Source of the DNA: Squalus acanthias
Lineage: Eukaryota
Assembly (NCBI GenBank): GCA_030390025.1
Contig: JASTWF010000323.1
Location: 62,001-126,000 of the forward strand
Reading direction: 5' to 3'
Length of the DNA: 64,000 nucleotides
Below are positions 35,809-47,608 of this stretch, piece after piece. Both the position numbers and the translations under genes were made by a program. Below the pieces are notes generated by a model that saw nothing but the letters and a program-made list of their open reading frames with translations, did no database searches and was not told the origin of the DNA. Numbering within the stretch: position 1 is the stretch's first letter; every line of letters begins with the position of its first letter.

Positions 35809-37303
35809 CGGTGACATGTAGGCCTGTCACATCTTCCCATCACTGGGATTATCTCAAGTTCCTGCCATTTAGGAATATTTATCTTTTGTGAATATTTTTA
35901 TCCTAATGGTCTGGGATGGAATGAACCATAGAACAAGATTGTGGCAATGCATCTTTTTTCTTATTGTATTCCTTCCTTTTTACAGTAACGATCTAGTCTT
36001 TTGTTAACACTTTTAGTTCAATGCAGGAAGATAAATTCCGTTCGCTCTGATCTGTCCACGGTATTTTAAGAGCATGTGAAATATCCGCTAATCATTCAGT
36101 TCCCTTCAGTATCTCCTTTCTCACCAACTTCACTTCTGCATTAGTGGCACTGCTTCTGATGGGATGAACAGGATAACAAGTATAATTCACATTCTCACAA
36201 AATATCTATTTAGCCTGAATTCAATGCATTTATTTCCAATCTTTGTTTTGAATTTACTATTGGATCCCATGCCACTGGCACAGTTTAGTGTATCTCTCAT
36301 TGAGACCGAGAGTGATTCTCCACTGCCTCCTGCTGTACTTCAGGATAAACAATCCCAGCTGATTGCAATTGAAGTACTGAGGATAAGAAAATCCTTGCAT
36401 ATTTTCTCGTCTAATAATCTCTGCACACGTTGGAAACCAACAGGTGAAAAAGTACAAGGATAAATCTCTTCCATTTGTGTTCAGATACTTCAGAAAAGCA
36501 TTCGACGGCACTTTGCCTGTGGAATAATTCGTCTGATTTCGATGCTAACAAATGCATTTAGTGGGACATTACCTGGTCAATAATTATTTTAATTTATTGT
36601 CTATTCTTTTCAATGTTATTTTGAAAATCCTCCTTTCAATGAGATAGAATTAGTGTATTTCAACAATAATGCAGAAAACTCAATCTTGAAAACACTCTTA
36701 CAGCCCAGTTATCTTTATAACTGCAGAGCAATTTTACTTATTTTCTTAGCATTGTCATATTACATCCGTACATTTTAAATACAATTGCCTGTAATTATTG
36801 CACGCCAAGTTTGCAGTTTCTGTATTTTGCTGCTGCATTCATTTTCAGCTCTAAATAAAAATGAATATTCTAACCAGGAGCAGGAATCCAAGCGGGATTT
36901 CCCCCTCCCTACCACAGGGGCACAAAAGCGAATTACACCGCTCCAAATGCTCACTGATCCTGGGACATGAAGGCTTCCTGACAGGTCCTGCTCCTTTGTG
37001 TCACTGGTACCCCGGGAAGTGCTTTTGTCTGCTGGGCTAAACATAGATCGATCATTTAATCTCTCATTGATCAAACATCTATTACTTCCATGTTGTAATT
37101 ATCCCCAATTCTTTTATTAATTCTATAATATATTCCCGATTATTCTTACAGTAAACCCGGTATTCATCTCCACAGGTAATATAATTAGATTATATCATTT
37201 AATGTCGCTAATGAGTTGCAGATTTCACCCCAAAATCCATCAAACTGCTGCTTTTGAACCCAGCCTGATGTATAATTTCGCTGTTTATTTCCCTTCTTTA
37301 CAG

Positions 37304-38205
37304 TGAACTTAGTCACGATTGTGATAATGGCTCGGGGAAAGTGCGGTCTCTCCAAATGTGTCACTCGCTACCTAGTGGCAATGGCCTCGGCGGATCTACT
37401 GGTCGTTATCCTCGACCTGATATTGAGGCACATTCCGATTCTTTATGGGGAACTTTTTCATTTCGTGCAGTCCATCCCCGTGTGTAATATCCATGCCGTC
37501 CTGGTATATGCAGCCACAGACTGTTCTGTCTGGTTCACCATCAATTTCACCTTTGATCGATTTGTGGCAATTTGTTGCCAGAATCTGAAAACTAAATATT
37601 GCACCGAGAAAACGGCGACTGTGGTTCTGGGAACAGTGACCGTGCTGAGCTGCTTAAAGAACATTTACTGGTATTTTATGTTGACAGCTTGGTATAGCTT
37701 TAGGAACCTCCCCTGGTTTTGTGTTGTAACAGTCGATGTTCTGAATTCACGTGTCTGGGCAGCAATCGAGTTCCTTCATTATATTCTCAACCCGGGGGTC
37801 CCATTTGTTCTGATTCTGCTGCTCAATGCTGTCACCGTCAGACACATTTTAGTGGCCAGCAGAGCCCGCCGGAGACTCCGGGGTCCCTGCAGTGGGGAGA
37901 GTCCCAGAGACCCAGAGATGGAGAGTCGCATGAAATCTATCATTTTGCTGCTTGTTATCTCGGGCAATTTCATCCTGTTATGGGCAGTGTTTATGGTGAA
38001 TTCTATATGGTGGCGGTTGGACTGGTTGGGGTATGAGTCTGTTCAGATACCTAGATATATAATGGAAATAGGATTGATGCTGCAGCTGCTGAGTTGCTGC
38101 ACAAACACTGGGATTTATGCCGTGACCCAGACTAAGTTCAGAGAGCAGTTGAAGAATGTATGGAAATATCCCTTTAATCTTATTGTAAAATTCATTAAAG
38201 GATGA
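37304..38205 (+). CDS. GPR139/GPR142-like class A GPCR, coding exon 2 (rest of TM1 through TM7 and helix 8)
   Basis: Uninterrupted 300-codon frame: N1.50, AMASADLL (D2.50), Cys at the top of TM3, FDRFVAIC, ECL2 WFC, NPGVPF in TM5, FILLW in TM6, CCTNTGIY in TM7, KFREQL; stop TGA at 38203-38205; spliced product ~360 aa. Family-level call; orthology not established. Confidence 0.93.
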
Positions 38206-38531
38206 GAAGAAGCGGAGACTTTGCAGCCTGAGAGCTCCTTGGGCCTGATATTGTGATTGAACCGCTCTCCCCGGTCTGCCCGCGTTGCCGGTGATCTGGA
38301 ACATTAACACGCTCACTCACACACTGTCTGCACTGGGCTCAATGTGAGGGGCACGGCCATCTGCCACGTCCCTCTGGAAAGGCACCAATGCCCTAGACAA
38401 AGTTGGCCGCCCCAAACGCGCCGCCTGAAGCAGCACAATACCCGCCCGCACTAAAATGGTGACCGCCACGCCTGATAGAAAGAAGGCAGCGACGGCTAAT
38501 GAGCAAACAGTGGGACCCTGCCCTGCTCCAC

Positions 38532-38633
38532 GCCCCGCACAAAGATGGCGGCATCCGCGCCCCGCACAAATATGGCGGCTCCTGTGCCTCGCACAAAGAT
38601 GGCGGCTCTGGTGCCCCGCGCAAATTCGGCTCT
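38532..38633 (+). repeat. GC-rich 27-bp tandem repeat, 4 copies, with YY1-like AAGATGGCGGC
   Basis: gcac/gcgc at 38537, 38564, 38591 and 38618. Confidence 0.85.
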
Positions 38634-38640
38634 CCACCCC

Positions 38641-39012
38641 ATAAAGAGATTTAAAAATCTTTAAAAAACATTATAAAATTTTATGAATAATTAAATTATT
38701 TTATAACTTTTTATAAATCAGTATAACGCCTCATACATAAATATTACGCTTTATATATCATTATAAAACTTAATAAATCATTTTAACCCTTAAAAAATCA
38801 TTATTAACCTATGAAAACATTACCACACTTTCTAAATCATTATAATCCATTATAAAACATTATGATCCTTTATAAATTATTAAGCCCTTTTATAAATCAT
38901 TTTAACTCATAAAAAATCATTATAGGCATTTATAAATAATATCACACGTAATAAATCATTATAACCCCTTATACTTCTTTATAACCCTTTTCACACTTTA
39001 CTAAACTTTACA
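38641..39012. repeat. AT-rich degenerate ~20-bp repeat (ttataaatcattataacc-like)
   Basis: Recurrent taaatcattat/aaacattat; contains ATTAAA at 38690-38695 (possible polyA signal). Confidence 0.8.
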
Positions 39013-41540
39013 GTGAACAAATCCCATTACAGTGTCCCATCAAACAGTCCCAGTGCGGGTACAGCTCTAGTTTATTATAGAGGAAAGCTCACTCTACACT
39101 GTCCAATCAAACACTCCCAAGACGGGTACTGCATGCATAAAATACATTGTTACCTTCCCCATAAAAATGCATATCAAGCACTCCCAGAACATCACCGGCT
39201 AGGTACAGAGTGAATCTCAATCTACACTGTCACATAAAACACTCCCAGGGTCAGCTAAAGCATGTGGTGAGACAGAGATTAAAGTAAACTCTATGATCTT
39301 ATTGAATGACGGAGTGGGCTCGAGGGGCACAATGGCCTACTCCTGCTCTTATTTTTTATGTTCTTATGTTCTCTACACTGCCCCATCATACAATACCAAG
39401 AGAGGTAGAGCACTGGTTAGATGCAGAGTAAATCTCACTGTACACTGTCCAAACTAAAACATCCCATGCAGGCAGAGCTTGGGTTAGATACAGAGCAAAG
39501 CAGTGTATATACTGCCGCATCAGTTACACCCAGGGCAGGTACGGCAAGGTTTAGATACAGAGTAAAGCTGCCACTACAGTGTCCCTACAAACAATCACAG
39601 GAAATTTACAGCATGGGTTAGATAAAAGGTAAAACTCCCTCTACACTGCCCCATCAATCACTCCTGGGACAGACACAGCACGGCTGGATACAATGTAAAG
39701 CTCCCTCTGCACTATCCCATCAAACACCCCCAGGGCAGGTACAGCACGTGTTTGTATAGTGTAAAGCACCCTCTACACTGTCCCATCAAACATTCTGAGG
39801 GCAGGTTAAGCATGGGTACGATACCGAGTAAATCTCCCTCCACACTGTCTCATCAAACAATCCCAGGGCAGGAATAGCAAAGGTTAAATATAGAGTAAAC
39901 ACCCCTCTACAATGTCGGATCAAACACTCCCAGGGCAGGTACAGCTCGGTTTACAAAGAGTCTAAAGCTCACGCTACACATGTCCGATCCAACACTCCAA
40001 GTGAAGGTACAGCACGGATTAGATACAGAGTAAAGCCCCCTCTACAATTTCCCTTCAAATAGTCCCAGGGCAGGTGAAGCACAGGTTAAATACAGTGTAA
40101 AGCTCCCTCTACACTCTCCCATCAATAATTCCAGGGCAGGTGGAGCACTTGTTAGATATAGAGTAAATCTATCTCTAAATGTCACATCAAAAAATTGCAG
40201 GGCAGATAGAGCACGGGATAGATACAGAATAAAGCTCTCACTACACTGCCGCATCAAACACTCCCAGGGCAGTTGTAGCATGGGTTAGCTACAGCGTAAA
40301 GCTCCCTCTAAACTGTCAAAGGAAACGCTTCCAGGGCAGGTACAGCACGGATAGATACAGACCAAAGCTTCCTCTATACTGCCCAATCAAACAATCCCAG
40401 GGCAGGTGCAGCATAAGTTAGATACAGAGTAAAGCTCCAACAACACTGCACCATCAAAAACTCCCAGGGCAGTTGCAGTGGTTAGATTATCTAATGACCA
40501 TCAATATAAGATAGTCACTAATAAATCCAATAAGGTATTCAGGAGAAACATCTTCATACAGAGACGGTGTAGAACGTGCAACTAGTTACTACATGGATTA
40601 GTTGAGGCGAAGAGCACAGATGCATTTTAGGGGAGGGTCGATAATTACAGGAGAGAGAAAGAAATAGAAGGAAGTTATAGAGCAAAGCTCACTCTACACT
40701 GTCCTAGCAAACACTCCCAGGGCAGGTATAACACGGGTGAGGTACAGAGTAAAGCACCCTCTACGCTGTCCCATTAAACATTCACAGAACAGGTACACCA
40801 CGGATTAGATACAGAATAAAGCTCCCTCTACACTGTACAATCGAACACTCCCAGGGCATGTATAGCACGGGTTAGATACAGAATAAAGCTCCCTCTACAC
40901 TGTCCCATCAATCACTCCCAGGGCTGGTTTAGAACAGGTTAAATGCAAAGTAAAGCCCCGTCTACACTGTTCCATCAAACACTCCCAGGACAGCTGCAGA
41001 TGTTAGATTGTTGTATAATCATCAATATAAAATAGTCAGTAATAAATCCAAGAAGGAATTCAGGAGAAACATCGTCATCCAGAACCTTGGCAGAATATGG
41101 AACTAGTTACCACGTGGATTAGTTGAGGTGAATAACATAGATGGATTTTAGGGGAGCTCGATAATTACATGAGGGAGAGAGGATTAGAAGGAAGTTATAG
41201 AGGAAAGATCACTCTACACTGTCCCGTCAAATACGCCTGGAGCTGGTACCGCACAGGAGAGATATCGTGTAAAGCTCCCTCTACACTGCCCCATCAAACA
41301 CTCCCAGGGCAGTAGAAGCATGGGTTAGCTACAAAGTAAAACACCCTCTACACTTTCCCATGAAACACTCCCAGGGCAGCTGCAGGGGGTAGATTGTTAA
41401 ATGCTCATCGAAATAAGAAAATCACGAATAAATTCAGTAAGGAATTCAGGAGCAACATCTTCGTCAGATACTAGATAGAATGTGGAACTAGTTACTACAT
41501 GGATTAGTTGAGGCAAAAAGCATAAATGCATTTTAGGGGA

Positions 41541-42222
41541 TGGTTTCTGGGAGCAAACTGTTGTGGAACCAACCAGGGAGAAGAATATTTTACATCGTAG
41601 CATAGTAGAATTTCAAATTCAGTTTGAGGGTGAGAAAGCTAGGTCTCAAACTGGTGTCCTGATTTTAACAAAGGTAATTACAAAGGTATGAAGGCAGACT
41701 TGGTTAAAGTGGACTGGGAAAATATATAACAGGGTAAGACAGTCGAAAATCAGTGGCAAACATTTAAGGAAATATTTCATAACTATCAGCAAAGATATAG
41801 TCCAGTGAGAAAGAAAGACTCTAAGAGAAGGATAAACCATTCGTGGCTAACAGAAGGAAGTAAAGGATGAAATCAAATTGAAAACAAAAGCATTCAAGGT
41901 TGCGAAAAGGACTGGGAAATGTTTAAAATCCAACAAAGGACGACTAAAAAATTGATAAAGAGAGAGAATATAGCTTATGAGAGTAGGCTAGCAAGAAATA
42001 TAAAAACAGACATTTAGAGATTCTACTGATATATAAAAAGGAAGAGAGTAGCTAAAGTAAACTTTGGTCCTGTAGAGGAATGGTCTGGGGAATTAATAAT
42101 GGGAAACAGGAAATTGGCGGAGACTATGATCAAATATCAGCCATGATTTTATTGAATGGCAGAGCAGGCTCGAGGAGCCAAATTGCCTGGTCCTACTGCT
42201 ACGTCTTATGTCCTCATGTTAA
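41541..42222 (+). mobile_element. Internally deleted CR1 (EN end/linker fused to the 3' UTR) with a 7-bp TSD
   Basis: tagggga at 41534-41540 and 42223-42229; the linker jumps at ~42135 to the tail atcagccatgat..cttatgtcctcatgtt. Confidence 0.75.
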
Positions 42223-44203
42223 TAGGGGAAGCTAGATAATTATCTGATGGTGAAACGAAAATAATGAAGTTATAGAATCAAGCTCCCTCTAAACTGTCCC
42301 CTACTGTTCCATGAAATATTCACATGGCATGTACAGCAAGGGTTAATACAGAGTAAAGTTCCCTCTAAACTACACCAACGAACACTCCAAGGGCAAGTGC
42401 AGCACGGGTTAAATTATTTAATGGCCATCAATATAAGATAGTCACTAATAAATCCAATAAGGATTTCAGGAGAAACATCTTCACCCAGAGACTGGGTAGA
42501 ATGTTGAACTAGTGATCAAAAGCATTTAATTAGGGTAATAGCGTAGATGCAATTTAGGAGAAGATCGATAATCGCAAGAGTGAGAAAGAAATAGCAGGAA
42601 TTAATTGAGTAAAGCGCTCTCTGCACAGTCCCATCAAACGCTCACAGGGCTGGAACAGCACTGGTTGGAGAGAGAGTAAATTTCACTCTGCACAGTCCCG
42701 TCAAATACTTCCGGAGCAGGTACAGCACGGGATAGATACAGAGTATAGCTCCCTCTAAACTGCCCCATCAAACAACCCAGGGCAGGTAAAGCACGGGTTC
42801 GATACAGAGTATAGCTGCCTCTAAACTGCCCCATCAAAAACTCCCAGGGCAGTTGCAGCATGGGTTAGCTACAGATTAAAGCTCCCTCTACAATGACCCA
42901 TGAAACACTCCCAGGGCAGGAGCAGCATGGGTTAGATACTGATTAAAGCTCCCTCCAAACTGTCTCATCAAAAACTCCCAGGGCAGCTGCAGGGTTTAGA
43001 TTGTTTAATGGTCATCAATTTAAGAAAAACACTAATTATCCAATCAGGAATTCATGAGAAACATCTTCATCCAGAGTCTGGTTAAAATGTGGTACTTGCT
43101 ACAAACTGGATTAGGTGAGGCAAACAGCATAGATGCATTTTTGGAAAAGCTGACTAAGTATATGAGGGAGAAAAGAATAGAAGGAGGTTATAGAGTTAAG
43201 CACCCTCTAAACAGTTCCATACTCTCCCATGAAAAACTCCCAGGGCAGTTATAGCATGGTTTAATATTCAGCAAAACTCCCGCTACACTGTCCCAGTGAA
43301 CATTCCGCGAGCAGGTGCAGCACCGGTTAGATACATAGTAAATCACCTTTTACACTTCCCCATCCAACAGGCCCATGGCAGGTTCAGCACGGGTTAGATA
43401 CAGAGTAAAGCTCCCTCTACACTGCCCCATCAAACACTCCTAGGGCAGGTAGAGCACGGGTTAGATTATTTAATGACCATCTATATGATATAGTCACTAA
43501 TGAATCCAAAAAGGAATTCAGAAGAAACATCTTCATCCAGAGACTGGTTAGAACGTGGAACAAGTTTCAACATGGATTAGTTTAGGCGAATAGCATTGAT
43601 ATTTAGCGTAAACTCGATAATTTCATGAGGGAGAAAGAAATATAAGGACGTTATAGAGTAAAGCTCTCTCTACGCTTTCACTTCAAACACTCCCAGTGCA
43701 GGTACCGCACAGGTTAGACACAGAGGGAAACGCACTCTACCCTGTCCCATGAAACAATCCCTTGGCAGGTACAGCACGGGCTAGATACAGAGTAAAGCAC
43801 TCTCTACACTCTCCCATCTCATACTCCCAGGGCAGATACAGCACGGGTTAGGTACAGAGTAAAGCTCTCTCTACACTGTTCCATCAAAAAATCACAGGGC
43901 AGGTACAGCACGGATTAGATACAGAGTAAAACTCCCTCTACACTGGCACTTGAATCACTCCCAGGGCAGGTACAGCGCGGGCAAGGTACAGAGTAAAGCT
44001 CCATCTACAGTGTCCGACCAAACACTGCCAGGGCAGTTACTGAACGGATTAGATACAGAGTAAAACTCCCTCTACATTCTCCTATCAAACACTCTCAGCA
44101 CAGGTACAGCGCGGGTAGTATACAGAATAAAGTTCCATCTATACTCTCCCATCAAATATTCCTACGACCCATACAGCACGGATTAGATACAGAGTAAAAC
44201 TCC

Positions 44204-44335
44204 CCAGTCGGGGAAAACTTCATCCGTCAAGGACATTCAGCCTCCGATCTTCGGGTAAGCGTTCTCCAAGGCGGCCTTTGAGACACACGACAGCGCAAAA
44301 TCGTCCAGCAGAAACTGATAGCCAAGTTCTGCAAC
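44204..44335 (+). mobile_element. Penelope-like GIY-YIG endonuclease C-terminal fragment
   Basis: Translates PVGENFIRQGHSASDLRVSVLQGGL*DTRQRKIVQQKLIAKF, matching the PLE pattern PV.EHF...GHS..DL.V..L....R...E..LI..F. Confidence 0.7.
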
Positions 44336-44336
44336 A

Positions 44337-45068
44337 CAGAAATTCGGTGCCAACCCATAAGGCCACTCAAAGTGCCGGTTTCCTGCATGTACTGCGCATG
44401 CGCTGGAAACCAGAACTTCCGGTCTCGTGAGGGAGGGGTTCAGAGGTGAACCGCGTGCGTGGTAGAGGCTGGACGCACGCAGCAAACTTAAGTTTTTATT
44501 CAGGTTTCTCCGGGAGGATAATTATTGAAAAAGCTGCGCTTTTAAAAAAGTGGCGCAAGACCAGTTTCTAGCAAGGTAAGTGGTTAATAAATTACAATTA
44601 AAATTTTTTTTCAACAGGTTTATCTTTTTTAGATAATTTAAAGAAAGGTAAATTTATTTGTAGCACCGTTAAAAAGTATTTTAATTTATTCAAAAAAGGA
44701 CATTTTTGTTAATAGTAGTTAATTTATTTAACTTTTAGCTATTTTAAAAATTTAATTTTTTTTGCTTCATTTATTTGAAGTTTACGTGTTGTTTTGGTGC
44801 AAATTCAATTCATAGATTTGACAGGTCTTCCTGTCAAATCTATGAATGAAAATGCCCTGCTCGGATTGGCTGTCCATGGCCCACGTGATCCCAGGGGACG
44901 CCTCGAACTAACTGCGCCCCTGGGACAAGCAATCACTGCGCGCCGGCAGCTGGGAGAGGCCCAGGACCCGAAGTTCTCGTTGGCCCATAACACAACGGCA
45001 GGCGCGCTAGGTAAGTACGCGCGCGATGGTTGCCCCCGCGGGAAGCCGGAAAACCGAATTTCTGGCCC
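44337..45068. mobile_element. Non-autonomous DNA transposon/MITE (possibly PIF/Harbinger)
   Basis: Inverted ends cagaaattcgg (44337-44347) and ccgaatttctggccc (45054-45068); GC-rich arms and AT-rich centre; second copy at 46494-46910. Confidence 0.65.
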
Positions 45069-46493
45069 GCCCGGGCAGTTACAGCGCAGTTTAGATGCAG
45101 AGTAATGCTCCATCACACTCTCCCATCAAACACTCCCAGGGCCGGTACAGCACGGGGTAGATACAGAGTAAAGCTCCCTCTACACTGCCCCATCACACAC
45201 TCCCAGGGCAGGTACAGCACGGGTTAGGTACAGAGTAAAGCTCCCTCTACACTGTCCCAAGAAACAATCAGAGGGCAGATACAGCACGGATTAGATACAG
45301 AGTAATGCTCCCTCTCCAGTGTCCGACCAAACAAAGCCAGGGCAGGTACAGAACGGATTAGATACAGAGTAAAGCTCCCTCTACATACTCCTATCAAACA
45401 CACTCAGCACAGATACGGCGCGGGTAGTATACCGAATAAAGTTACATCTATACTCTCCCATCAAATACTCCTTCTACCTGTCCAGCACGGATTAGATACA
45501 GAGGAAATTTCCCACTATATTGTCCAATCAAACACTCGCAGGGCAGTTACAGCATAGGTTAGACACAGATTAAAGTTCTCTCTGCGCTGTCACAGCAAAC
45601 ACTCCCATGGCAGGTACAGCACAGGTTATATACAGAGGAAAGCTCCCTGTACACATACCCGTCAAACGCTCCACGGCAGGTACAGAACCGGTTACGTACA
45701 TAGAAGCATAGAAGATAGGAGCAGGAGTAGGCCATTCGGCCCCTCGAGCCTGCTCCGCCATTAATTGAGATCAGGGCTGATCATCCAAATTCAGTACCCT
45801 GTCGCTGCTTTCTCCCCATATCCCTTGCTCCCTTTACCCTTAAGAAATCTATATATCTCCCTCTGGAATACATTTAATGAATTGGCCTAAACTGCCTTCT
45901 GTGGTAGAGAATTCCACAGGTTCACCTCTCTCTGGCTGAAGAAATTCCTCCTCACCTCAGTCCTAAATTGCTTACCCCTTATCCTTAGACTGTGACCTGT
46001 GCTCCTGGACTCCCCGCCATCGGGAACATACTTCCTGCATCTAGTCTGTCTAGTCCTGTTGCAATTGTATATGTTTCAATGAGATCCCCTCTCATTCTTC
46101 GAAACTCTAGCGAATATAAGCATAATCGAACCAATCTCTCTTCATATGTCAAATCTGTCATCCCAGGTTTCAGTCTGGTAAATCTTTGCTGCACTCCCTC
46201 CATGACAAGAACATCCTTCCTCCGATAAGGCGACCAAAACTGCACACAATACTCAAGGTGTGGTCTCACCAATGACTTGTACAACTGCAGCAAGACATCC
46301 TTGCTCCTGTACTCGAATCCTCTTGCTATGAAGGCCAACATAGCATTTGCCTTCTTAAGCGCCTTCTGCACCTGCATGCTTGCCTTCAGCGACTGGTGCA
46401 CAAGGACTCCTAGATCACGTTGCACTTCCCCTTTTCCCAATCTATTGCCGTTCAGATAATAATCTGTCTTCCTATTTTTGCCAACAAAGTGGA

Positions 46494-46910
46494 GTTTATT
46501 TTTAGCACCGTTAAAAAGTATAATTAATTTTTTCAAAAGTTTAAATTTTTGTTTAAGGTAGTTAATTTATATAATTTGCAGTTATTTTAAAAATATGATT
46601 TTTTTTTCGATTTATTTGAAGTTTAGGTGTGGTTTTGGGTCCGATCTCTATTCATAGATCTGACAGGTCTTCCTCTCAAATCTATGAATGAAAATGCCCT
46701 GCTAGGATTGGCTCTCCATGGCCCACGTGAGACCAGGGGACGCGTCGAACTAACTGCGCCCCTGGGATACGCAAGCACAGCCCGGCGGCAGCTGAAGGAG
46801 GTCCAGGACCGGAAGTCCTCGTTGGTCCAAAGCACAACTGCAGACGTGGTAGTTAAGTACGCGCACGATGCTTGCACCCGCAGGAAACCGGAAAGCCGAA
46901 TTTCTGGCCC
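46494..46910. mobile_element. Left-truncated second copy of the MITE
   Basis: Aligns with ~44654-45068 and ends in the same ccgaatttctggccc. Confidence 0.85.
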
Positions 46911-47608
46911 AATTTGTGAATATCTGGGCTCCTCGCACCGATCCCTGCGGTGCCCCACTAGTCACTGACCGCCACTCGGAAAAAGAACCGTTTATTCCAA
47001 CTTTTTGCTTCCTGTCTGCCAACCAGTTCTCTATCCAAGTCAGTACCTTACCCCCAATCCCATGTGCTTTAAATTTAACTTTGCACGCTAAGCTCTTATG
47101 TGGGACCTTATCAAAAGCCTTCTGAAAGTCCAAATACACCACATCCACTGGTTCTTCCTTATCTATTCTATCAGTCACATACACAAAAAATGCCAGTAGA
47201 TTAGTCAGGCATGGTTTACCTTTTATAAATCCATGTTGACTTTGTCCGATCCTGTCACTGTTTTCCAAGTGCGCTGCTATCTTTTATAATGCACTCTAGC
47301 ATTTTGCCCACTATCGATGTCAGGCTTACCGGTCTATAATTCTCCGTTTTTTCTCTACCACATTTTTTAAATAGTGGGGTTACATTAGCTTATCTCCAAT
47401 CCATGAGAACTGTTCCATATTCTATAGAATTTTGAAAGGTGACGAGCAATGCATCTACTATTTCTAGGGCCACTTCCTTAAGTACCCTAGGATGTAGATT
47501 ATCAGGCCCTGGGGATTTTTCGGACTTCAATCCCGTCAATTTCCCTCACACCATTTCCCTACAAATACTGATTTCATTCAATTCCTCCCTCTCATTAGAC
47601 CCTATGTT

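Larger units (their letters stand above)
12387..37303 (+). other. GPCR intron, 24,917 bp, phase 1, GT-AG
   Basis: Donor GTAAGT at 12387; acceptor tttatttcccttctttacAG ending at 37303; splicing gives G+TG=Val and reads ..AVGVP-V-NLVTIVIM. Confidence 0.82.
39013..45697 (+). repeat. 67-bp satellite array with embedded CR1 cassettes and insertions
   Basis: Consensus gggttagatacagagtaaagctccctctacactgtcccatcaaacactcccagggcaggtacagcac. Confidence 0.95.

Noticed and set aside
37303..38205. Intronless 300-aa GPCR starting at GTG 37303
   Set aside because: That G is the last base of the acceptor AG; the protein would lack its N-terminus and half of TM1
37304..38205. Assigning the symbol GPR139
   Set aside because: Similarity is at family level only; orthology needs phylogeny and synteny
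44794..45116. Overlapping ~103-aa ORFs duplicated at 46623-46968
   Set aside because: GC-rich MITE arm open on both strands with no recognisable domain
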